This document shows positions 56,612 to 64,000 of a DNA stretch of 64,000 bases, piece after piece (position 1 is the first letter of the stretch; each line of letters opens with the position of its first letter). A model generated the notes under the pieces. The model saw nothing but the letters and a program-made list of their open reading frames with translations. It had not been told where the DNA came from and searched no databases. The position numbers and the translations under genes were made by a program. The stretch covers positions 29,783-93,782 of the forward strand of contig JBBQSO010000010.1 of assembly GCA_038213805.1 (NCBI GenBank). The letters are read 5' to 3'. The stretch comes from Planctomycetota bacterium. Its GTDB lineage: Bacteria > Planctomycetota > UBA11346.

Positions 56612-58684
56612 TCACGGCAGCGCGAACGGCAGCGCCGCGATCAGCGCGCCCATAGCCGGATCGGTGACGCTGTCCGCGCCGCTCTCGACGTGGCCGGCGA
56701 AGCGCCACGCGCAGCCAGGCAGGTCGGCGCTGGTGACAGTGAGGTCATACCAGCCCCGGCTGGCGGTCAGGTCCCAACGGTCATCGCCGCTCGCACCCGC
56801 CGCGACGGCGCAGGTGTGCGGCGCCTGCGCGCCGTAAGCGTTCGCACTCACCGTCAACGTGCGCGCCGCCCCGCCGCGGTTGCGCGCCGTCAGCACGATG
56901 GCCTTGCCCGACGGGTCGTAGGCGGCGTTGAGCTCTGGAAGGTCCAGGGTCGCAGCCAACGCACCATGGAAGCAGCGGAAGAAGCCACCCGGACCGGTGA
57001 CCGTCAGCTCGCAGCCGTCCTGGTTCGCCGGCACGGTCAATACGCCATCCATGGTCTTTCCCGCCTCGACAGTGAAGTGCAACGGCTCGCCGAGACCTGG
57101 CCCCGGATGCACCTGGAACACCGCACCCACCGCGCCGCGATTGGCGAAGGCGATGGTGACGGTACGCGCGTCGCCAGCGACGCGGACGTCCGCGTGCAGC
57201 GCGTAGGGCAGTGGCCGTGCGGGGCGCGTGCCCGGCTTCTGCGCCGGGGCGGTCTGCTGGGCCGGCACCGGCGTCAGCGCCACCGTCTTGGTCTCCGGCG
57301 GCGTGGCGATGAAGGTCCGGGTGTCGGGCAACGCCACCGCACCAGCGTGCGGCGTGCGGAAGTCGAAGGCGCTGGTCAGATCGCCGCACACGGCGCGGCG
57401 CCAGGCGCTGATGTTCGGCTCCTGGACGCCGAAACGCGTCTCGAGGAAGCGGATCACCGAGGTGTGGTCGAAGACCTGCGAGCACACCCAGCCGCCCCGG
57501 CTCCACGGCGAGACCACGGTCATCGGCACGCGCGCGCCCAGGCCGAAGGCGCGCCCGTCGCGGTGGATCTCATCAGCCGCCGCGACCGTCGACGCGCCGA
57601 CGGTGCCGTTCAGCGACGGTGGCATCGGCGCGTTGACGTGGTCGAAGAAGCCGTCGTTCTCGTCGTACATGATGAACAGCGCGGTGCGGCTCCACACCTC
57701 GGGATCGGCGGTAAGTGCATCGAGAGCGCGCGCCATGTACACTGCACCGTAGGCGGGCGGGAACTGCGGGTGCTCGCAGCAGCCCCACGGCGGCGTCAGA
57801 TAGACGACCTGCGCGAGCTTGCCCGCCTTCACGTCGGCCTGCAGATCGTCGAGGGTGCGCACCGCGTTGCCGCGCGCGACCAGCTCGGAGTCCGCGTGCG
57901 CCACATGGTCGAAGGGCGGGAACCACTCCAGCGCGTTGAGTCCGCCGTTGCTGGCGCTGAAGAACTCGCGCCCCGAGGCGCGCGAGTTCTGGTACAGCTG
58001 CCAGCTGATCCCCGCCTGCTGCAGGCGCTCGGGGTAGGTGGTCCACGGCAGCTGGTAGGGCTTGTTGCCGTTGTCGATGCGCGCCGGCTCCGCGCGCCCC
58101 TGGCCGTTGGTGCCGGTCATCAGAAACATGCGGTTGGGCCTGGTCGGCCCGGCCAGCGAGCAGTGGTAGGCGTCGCAGATGGTGAAGGCGTTGCCGAGCG
58201 CGGCGTGGAAGGGGATGTCGGCTTCCTGGTAATAAGCCATGCTCAGCGGCGACTTGGCCTGGGCCCAGCGGTCGGCGCGACCACGGTTCACCGCCTCGTG
58301 GCTGCTGCCCCAGTCGTGCGGCAGCCCCGCGAAGCAGGCCGCGCGCGCCACCGGCGTGGGGTGCAGCGGGTAAGGCAGGATGTGGCCATCGGCGTGCTGC
58401 GCGTGCGGCTGGTGGAAGACCGTCAGCGGGCGCGTGCCGGCCGCCCCGTAGAGCGGCGCGGGCCGCGGATCGCCAAAGCCGCGCACGCCGGGGAAGGATC
58501 CGTAGTAGTGGTCGAAGGAGCGGTTCTCCATCATCAGGATGACCACGTGCTCGACGTCGCGGATGGTGCCGGTCGGCGACGAGGCGGGAATCGCCGCGGC
58601 GCGGCGGATCGCCTCGGACAGCAGTGGTGGTCCGCACGCGGCCAAGGCGGCAGCGGCGCGGATGAAGCGGCGGCGCGTGGTCAT
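56612..58684 (-). CDS. Phospholipase C, phosphocholine-specific (PlcH/PlcN phosphoesterase family)
   Basis: Tat signal TTRRRFI, HVVILMMENRSFDHY, CDAYHCS, GPTRPNR, YDENDGFFDHV, GLGARVP, FDHTS, WRRAVCGDL; GAGGAG RBS. Confidence 0.95.
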   Translation of the reverse strand: MTTRRRFIRAAAALAACGPPLLSEAIRRAAAIPASSPTGTIRDVEHVVILMMENRSFDHYYGSFPGVRGFGDPRPAPLYGAAGTRPLTVFHQPHAQHADGHILPYPLHPTPVARAACFAGLPHDWGSSHEAVNRGRADRWAQAKSPLSMAYYQEADIPFHAALGNAFTICDAYHCSLAGPTRPNRMFLMTGTNGQGRAEPARIDNGNKPYQLPWTTYPERLQQAGISWQLYQNSRASGREFFSASNGGLNALEWFPPFDHVAHADSELVARGNAVRTLDDLQADVKAGKLAQVVYLTPPWGCCEHPQFPPAYGAVYMARALDALTADPEVWSRTALFIMYDENDGFFDHVNAPMPPSLNGTVGASTVAAADEIHRDGRAFGLGARVPMTVVSPWSRGGWVCSQVFDHTSVIRFLETRFGVQEPNISAWRRAVCGDLTSAFDFRTPHAGAVALPDTRTFIATPPETKTVALTPVPAQQTAPAQKPGTRPARPLPYALHADVRVAGDARTVTIAFANRGAVGAVFQVHPGPGLGEPLHFTVEAGKTMDGVLTVPANQDGCELTVTGPGGFFRCFHGALAATLDLPELNAAYDPSGKAIVLTARNRGGAARTLTVSANAYGAQAPHTCAVAAGASGDDRWDLTASRGWYDLTVTSADLPGCAWRFAGHVESGADSVTDPAMGALIAALPFALP

Positions 58685-58971
58685 CGGCGGTCTCCTCGTA
58701 GGATGGCTGGCGGCAGACGTCCAGGCGGGCAGCCCGTGGTTGGGCAGGATGCGCACATGGTAGGTCGCTTCCTTCGCTGTGGAGCAGCCCGGGGCTGTGC
58801 CACCGCAGGCCCAAAGACACACCCAGCAGGTCCAGGGTGACGGCTGATGGCATTGCGGGTCCTGGCGTATTCCTGTCACCTATTCCCCACTTCCACATCA
58901 TGAACGGGTGCCGACCGTCGAGGTAGCACTTGAGTCTTGCCTCCGACCACCACTGCGAATGCCCCCCAACC

Positions 58972-59799
58972 ATGCCGACCATCCGCTCCAGCCTAGCCGC
59001 TTCGTTGTCCATCCTGGCCTGCTGCACAGCGTTGCCCTGCGCGGTCGCCGCCGACGCCAAGCCCGCCAAGGAGGCGCCACTGCTGCTGATCGAGGACTTC
59101 GAAGGCACCGCGGCGGGCAAGATCCCCACCGGCTTCACCAAGACCGGCGCGGTGTCGGTGGTCGAAGATGGGTTCCACGGCGGCCACCACGCACTGCGCA
59201 TGGACGCCGCGGTGAACGGCGCGCGGCGCATCACCATCGCCGACCCGAAACTGATGGCCGCGCTCGGCGGCGAGCACTGGGGCCGGCTGTACTTCAAGGT
59301 GCAGATGCCGTCGCCGCTGCCGCATGGCGAGGGCAAGTTCCCGGTCATCCACTCGACCCTGGTCAGCGGCGCGGCACAGAGCCCGCTGTTCAAGGATGCG
59401 ATCGAGGTGCGCGTCCTGGATGCGGTGATGGGACCGAAGGGGACCTTCCAATACATCTACAACGTGCAGCCGCGCAAACGCCCGGAGTTCGCAGTCGGTA
59501 GCAAATACGATTACACGTACACCGACGCGTGGACGCTGGCCGAATGGCACGTCGATTTCGCCACCCAGACCTACCAGTGTTTCGTGAACGGCGCGGAGAT
59601 CCCCGGCGCCGCCCTGGCCAAGGGCGCCGGCAATTTCGCGGGCGCTGAGATCCCTGAGCTCTTCGAGAGCCTGTCCTTCGGCTGGACCAACTACCAGAAG
59701 GCCGAACCCGGCTTCGTCGGCTGGATCGATGACATCGCGCTCAGCAAAGAGCGCGTCGGCACGCGCGGGCTGGTGGTCGAGAAGAGGAAGAAACCGTAG
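58972..59799 (+). CDS. Secreted Cip1-like/LamG-like beta-sandwich protein
   Basis: Signal peptide, EDFEG, WGRLYF, WTLAEWHVD, LSFGWTNYQ, WIDDIAL. Confidence 0.6.
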   Translation: MPTIRSSLAASLSILACCTALPCAVAADAKPAKEAPLLLIEDFEGTAAGKIPTGFTKTGAVSVVEDGFHGGHHALRMDAAVNGARRITIADPKLMAALGGEHWGRLYFKVQMPSPLPHGEGKFPVIHSTLVSGAAQSPLFKDAIEVRVLDAVMGPKGTFQYIYNVQPRKRPEFAVGSKYDYTYTDAWTLAEWHVDFATQTYQCFVNGAEIPGAALAKGAGNFAGAEIPELFESLSFGWTNYQKAEPGFVGWIDDIALSKERVGTRGLVVEKRKKP

Positions 59800-59858
59800 T
59801 CGGGAAGGCGCGCCCCGAAACCTTTTCCACGCAGGACGCGCTCACCTCGACTGTCGGA

Positions 59859-59970
59859 AGACCCTAGACCCTAGGTATCGAGACCTGGAGTTGGCTGGTG
59901 ATGCGCGGGAAACCCTCGCCAACCCCGGAAGCCGAATGTCTTCCCTAGGGTCTAGGGTCTAGGGTCTAGG
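59859..59970. repeat. Inverted heptamer-microsatellite cassette
   Basis: AGACCCTAGACCCTAGG (59859-59875) versus (CTAGGGT)x3.7 (59945-59970), ~70-bp spacer, between convergent genes. Confidence 0.85.
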
Positions 59971-59989
59971 ACCTTCGCCGTAGGCGCCC

Positions 59990-60706
59990 TCACTCCGGCA
60001 GCGGCTGCACCTTGATGTTGCGGAACGACACCGCGCCATGATCGCCCTGCAGCGAGATGTGGCCCTTGCCGGCCTTGGCGAAGCCGGGCATGCCGGCGAA
60101 CTTGCTCTTGGCGACGCGCGCATTGAAGTCGTCGCTGCCGAGCACGTAGGTGAAGTAGCTGACGCCGTTGATGATGTGCTCGCACTTCTTCGGGCTGATC
60201 AGCAGGGTGACGTGGTTCCACTCGCCGGCGGGCTTGGTCGCGTCCAGGATCTTGCTGGTCTTGGGGTCGATGGGCGGCTGGTAGAGCGCGTACAGCCAGC
60301 CGCAGCGCTGCGGGTCGCCGGCCTTGACGTTGTCCTCGAGCTGGAACTCGGGACCGGTGGCCCACACCGCGTTGCCGGCGTCGCTGACGTGGTACATGAT
60401 GCCGCTGTTGCCGCCCTCGGAGATGTTGAAGTCGAGGTCGAGCTGGAACCAGGTGAACTCGTCGGCGCACACGATGTCGCCGGCGTTGTGCGGATCGACG
60501 CAGGCCATCGCGCCATCCTTGACCTGCCAGCCGGGCTTCACGCTGTCAGTCTTGAAGTTGTGCCAGCCGGTGAGGTCCTTGCCGTTGAACAGCAGCTTGG
60601 CTCCGGCGGCCTTCTCGGCGTCGGTCAGGGTGTTCTCCTCGGCCACTGCGGTGGACAGCATGGTGGTCACGAGCAGGGCGGCGATGGTGGCGGCGATGGT
60701 CTTCAT
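59990..60706 (-). CDS. DUF1080 (3-keto-disaccharide hydrolase family) protein
   Basis: LLFNGKDLTGW, WQVKDG, GNSGI, GPEFQL, PAGEWN, GHISLQGDHG..FRNIKV. Confidence 0.93.
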   Translation of the reverse strand: MKTIAATIAALLVTTMLSTAVAEENTLTDAEKAAGAKLLFNGKDLTGWHNFKTDSVKPGWQVKDGAMACVDPHNAGDIVCADEFTWFQLDLDFNISEGGNSGIMYHVSDAGNAVWATGPEFQLEDNVKAGDPQRCGWLYALYQPPIDPKTSKILDATKPAGEWNHVTLLISPKKCEHIINGVSYFTYVLGSDDFNARVAKSKFAGMPGFAKAGKGHISLQGDHGAVSFRNIKVQPLPE

Positions 60707-60814
60707 GCGGGTGCGATCCTGGATAGGTGGTTGGTCGGTTCGGTACGGAGGCACGGTGTTTAGCCGTTACGGGTGCGCCTGTCCATCCGTTGCAGGCACT
60801 ACGCCCCCCCTGCG

Positions 60815-60830
60815 TGCATGTTGCATGCCA
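60815..60830 (-). promoter_or_regulatory. Putative sigma54 promoter
   Basis: Minus strand TGGCATGCAACATGCA (GG-N10-GC), ~110 bp upstream of DUF1080. Confidence 0.45.
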
Positions 60831-61025
60831 ATGCACCATAGACGGCTTGGACGACCGGCTCCGGCACCGCGGCGGGCATTACGGAGGTGACCCGAGCTTC
60901 CGCTGCGGCATGGCTTTGCAGACCGCAGCGGGAAGTCCGTCGACAGCGGCAGGGGCGGGCGACTTGCGGAATCACGCCTACCGGTATGATGACGGGCCGA
61001 CCGTGCACCGCACCGAGATAGTACC

Positions 61026-63866
61026 ATGAAGAGCATTTGCATTCCCATCCTCCTGGCCTGCGCCTGCTGCATCCAGGCCGCCGAGTTCTACAGCGTCTTC
61101 CCGCTCCCGCTCCCTCCTGGTCTCACCCTCGGTAGCGACGACTTCCCGTTCCCGACGGCTATCAGCCACACCGGCGACGAGGTGCTCTATGCGGTGCGCA
61201 ACCGCCGCACCGGCGCTAGCGTCTGGTTCGCCTACTCGACCACCTACGGCCAGACCACCGCGCTCGGGAGCGCGGTTCCCGGCTACCAGCACCTCGAACT
61301 GACCTCAATCGACGCCTCCGGGGCCGTGGTCGGGCGTGCATGGAGCACCAACGCGCAGGGCGTGGTCACCGCCCAGGTTCCGGTGGGTTCATTCAATGGC
61401 GAGCCGCTCGCTCCCTTCGGGACATTGAGCGGGCGGTGCGAGTGCATCAACGACAGCGCCGACTGCTTCGGCCAGGCCCATCCGGGCGCACCGGACTTCG
61501 CCACCGGCGCGACCGCGCGCGCCGCCTTCTGGATCCCGCAACTGGCCCCCACCACGGCCTACCCGCTCAGCACGACCGTGCTGAAGGACCGCCCGGCACT
61601 CATCGCGTGCTTCGCTCCGCGCACCATCCTCTACCCCGGGGGCGGGTCGTACACCAATGGCGACTACCTCGCCGGTACCCACGTCACCGCCACGGGGACG
61701 CCCGGATTCTGGCGCTACCTGCGCCCGGTGGGCAGCGGCGCGGTGCTCGATGTGGTCGCCGCGCCCACCGCGCTGCCTCCTGGCTACGTCGCGGCCGCGC
61801 TCGCGCCGACCGCCGCAGCGAGCGGCCTGAGCGTGACCGGGGTGGCCACCTGGCGCATCGGCCACGACGATGACGCGACCTTGCCAACGCTCTCGTTCCT
61901 GAGCAGCACCGGTGCCACATCGACGCTCATCCCGCCGCCACCCGGACCGGCCCGCAACGTCATCCGCTGCACCGGCGTCGCCGACGTCCAGGACCGCGTC
62001 ACTGCCGTCGGCTCGGCCAAGCACCGCACCGGCAACCCCGCCACCGGCAGCGACAGCGACGCGGTCGCCTGGATCTGGACTCCTGGTGACATCCAGGCGA
62101 CCCTGCTGCAGTCGCGCGTGCCGCTGCCCGCGACGCCGCGCCTGGGCGCGAACGCCAACTCCATCTCGATCGGGGACCAGTCCCTCGGTGGCCAGATCAT
62201 CTGCGACGGCTGGGACCCCGCGACCACCACCACCACCACCGCCGATCGCCGCATCCTGCTGCTGACACCGCTTCCCAGCGTGCAGCTCTCGCTCAGCCGC
62301 GCGACCATCGCCGAGAACGACCAGGGCTACGTCGAGGTCGACGTCGTGCCCAGCGCAACCGCCGCGAACAGCCTGTGGCCGCTCGATATCACGCTCGTCC
62401 TCGGCGGCACCGCGGTCCTCGGCACCGACTACCAGGTCACGGACCTCAATGGCGAATTGCTCAGCGTGAGCGGGAACCGCGTGGTGGTGCGCAACGGCTA
62501 CGTCCAGGCCGGCACCGCCTTCGCACTCACCCCCCGCGACAACACCACCGCGGGACCGGACAAGACCATCACCATCACGGTCGATCCCACCGGTTCCGGC
62601 TATCTGCCCACCAACGCCTACCTGCCTGGTACCGTGTCCACCGCCACTACGACCATCGTCAACGACGACTTCGCCCCGGCCATCACCGGCCAGCCGGCCG
62701 ATGCGACGGTGGCCAGCGGCGCCACCGCGAGCTTCGCCGTGACCGCGACCGGCAGCGGTCCGCTCGCCTACCGCTGGATGCGCAGTGGCGCGACCATTGC
62801 CGGTGCGACCGCGGCCACCTACACCACCCCGTCGACCGCCAGCAGCGACGACCGCGCGACCTACAGCGTGCAGGTCACCGGCCGCCTAGGCACGGCTACC
62901 TCACGGGCGGCCCTGCTGAGCGTGCTGCCGGTGCCCACCGGCACCGGCCTCACCGCCGCCTACTTCGCCAACCAGAACTTGGTCGGGATCCCGACGCTCG
63001 TCCGCCAGGACGCGCGCGTCGACTTCAGCTGGGGCGCAGCGGCCCCCGACGCGGCCCTGCCCGCCGACCATTTCAGCGCGCGCTGGACAGGTCAGGTGCA
63101 GGCGCGGGCGGGCGGCACGTACACTTTCTCCACACTCAGCGACGACGGGGTGCGGCTGTGGATCGGTGGCCAGAAGGTCATCGACAACTGGACAGCGCAC
63201 GCGCCCACGACCAATATCGTCCAGCTGACGCTCCAGGCCGGTGCCAGTTCCGCGATCGTCCTTGAGTACTTTGAGAACACCGGCGGCGCGACCGCGCGCC
63301 TGTCGTGGGCCGGACCGGGCTTCGCCACCGAGACCATCCCAACCGCACAGCTCTACCCGTTGCTTCCGACCGGCACCGGCACCGGACTGATGGGCGCCTA
63401 CTTCGCCAACCAGACTCTGTCCGGCAGCAGCGCCTTGACCCGCACCGATGCGCAGGTGGACTTCGCGTGGGGCGCCAACGCGCCCGCGGTCGGCCTGCCG
63501 GCCGACCACTTCTCCGTGCGCTGGAGCGGCGTGATCGCCGCACGCACCAGCGGCCTGCACACCTTCACCACCACCAGCGACGACGGCGTACGGCTGTGGA
63601 TCGATGGCCAGAAGCTCATCGACAACTGGAGCAACCACGGCGTCACCGCGAACAGCGGCCAGATCGCCCTGCTCGCCGGCACCTCCTACCAGCTGACCAT
63701 GGAGTTCTACGACAATACCGGCAGCGCGACGGCGCGTCTGGCGTGGGCGGCCACCGGCCTGCCGCCTCAAGTCGTTCCGGCCAGCCAGCTCACTCCGCAA
63801 CCGGCCGCGGTGGCGATGCTGGGGGGCGGCAGGGGCTTCTTCGCCACGGAGCTGCCGGGACGCTGA
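61026..63866 (+). CDS. Secreted multidomain protein: unknown N-terminal domain, Calx-beta-like, Ig-like, tandem PA14
   Basis: GGTAVLGTDY, PAITGQPAD..YRW..YSV, two canonical PA14 repeats (GTGL..YF..VDFxW..HFS.RW..SDDGVRLW). Confidence 0.85.
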   Translation: MKSICIPILLACACCIQAAEFYSVFPLPLPPGLTLGSDDFPFPTAISHTGDEVLYAVRNRRTGASVWFAYSTTYGQTTALGSAVPGYQHLELTSIDASGAVVGRAWSTNAQGVVTAQVPVGSFNGEPLAPFGTLSGRCECINDSADCFGQAHPGAPDFATGATARAAFWIPQLAPTTAYPLSTTVLKDRPALIACFAPRTILYPGGGSYTNGDYLAGTHVTATGTPGFWRYLRPVGSGAVLDVVAAPTALPPGYVAAALAPTAAASGLSVTGVATWRIGHDDDATLPTLSFLSSTGATSTLIPPPPGPARNVIRCTGVADVQDRVTAVGSAKHRTGNPATGSDSDAVAWIWTPGDIQATLLQSRVPLPATPRLGANANSISIGDQSLGGQIICDGWDPATTTTTTADRRILLLTPLPSVQLSLSRATIAENDQGYVEVDVVPSATAANSLWPLDITLVLGGTAVLGTDYQVTDLNGELLSVSGNRVVVRNGYVQAGTAFALTPRDNTTAGPDKTITITVDPTGSGYLPTNAYLPGTVSTATTTIVNDDFAPAITGQPADATVASGATASFAVTATGSGPLAYRWMRSGATIAGATAATYTTPSTASSDDRATYSVQVTGRLGTATSRAALLSVLPVPTGTGLTAAYFANQNLVGIPTLVRQDARVDFSWGAAAPDAALPADHFSARWTGQVQARAGGTYTFSTLSDDGVRLWIGGQKVIDNWTAHAPTTNIVQLTLQAGASSAIVLEYFENTGGATARLSWAGPGFATETIPTAQLYPLLPTGTGTGLMGAYFANQTLSGSSALTRTDAQVDFAWGANAPAVGLPADHFSVRWSGVIAARTSGLHTFTTTSDDGVRLWIDGQKLIDNWSNHGVTANSGQIALLAGTSYQLTMEFYDNTGSATARLAWAATGLPPQVVPASQLTPQPAAVAMLGGGRGFFATELPGR

Positions 63867-63895
63867 AGGGCCGCGCGGCGCTCCCGCGCGGCCCT
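63867..63895. terminator. GC hairpin between convergent genes
   Basis: AGGGCCGCGCGG-CGCTC-CCGCGCGGCCCT, 12-bp perfect stem, no long U tract. Confidence 0.6.
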
Positions 63896-63899
63896 GCCT

Positions 63900-63998
63900 T
63901 CAGGACAGCCCTTCCAGCATGCCCTTGCTGTCACCGAACGCATCGAGCGGACAGCCGGCGCGCGCCGCCATGCCCAGGAACAGATCGCACATGTTGCC
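63900..63998 (-). CDS. C-terminal fragment of a second DUF1552-family protein (5'-partial)
   Basis: GNMCDLFLGMAARAGCPLDAFGDSKGMLEGLS* resembles the end of 39470-40921 (GDLLLGILARAGC..FG). Confidence 0.7.
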   Translation of the reverse strand, partial: GNMCDLFLGMAARAGCPLDAFGDSKGMLEGLS

Positions 63999-64000
63999 CT

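Noticed and set aside
56477..58840. 787-aa plus-strand ORF
   Set aside because: Antisense to phospholipase C.

Overview
High-GC bacterial window, probably PVC superphylum/Planctomycetota; this is inferred from the DUF1592/DUF1552 pair and the DUF6797-, ThuA- and DUF1080-like genes. From 1 to 6.7 kb is the tail of an exopolysaccharide locus: Wzc-type tyrosine kinase, Sfp-type PPTase, outer-membrane beta-barrel, UDP-sugar dehydrogenase and epimerase. PEP carboxylase follows. The remaining ~50 kb is dominated by signal-peptide-bearing carbohydrate-active or glycan-binding proteins (GH30, GH127, GH141-like, GH31, clan GH-A with PA14, esterases, CBM9-like, Cip1-like, DUF1080) plus a LacI/isomerase/FGGY-kinase operon for an unknown sugar. 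About 35.3-52.9 kb looks like an acquired, less GC-rich island. It holds a frameshifted CBM9-like paralog, two diverged copies of a ~180-270 bp non-coding element, and an internally deleted IS4-like element at its right edge. Other unusual signals: a circularly permuted PA14 inserted inside a CBM9-like domain, inverted-microsatellite cassettes in intergenic DNA, a 137-bp two-unit heptamer array in front of GH127, and sigma54-like promoters. No rRNA, tRNA, CRISPR array, integrase or reverse transcriptase was recognised. All family calls come from motif recognition by eye, not database searches.
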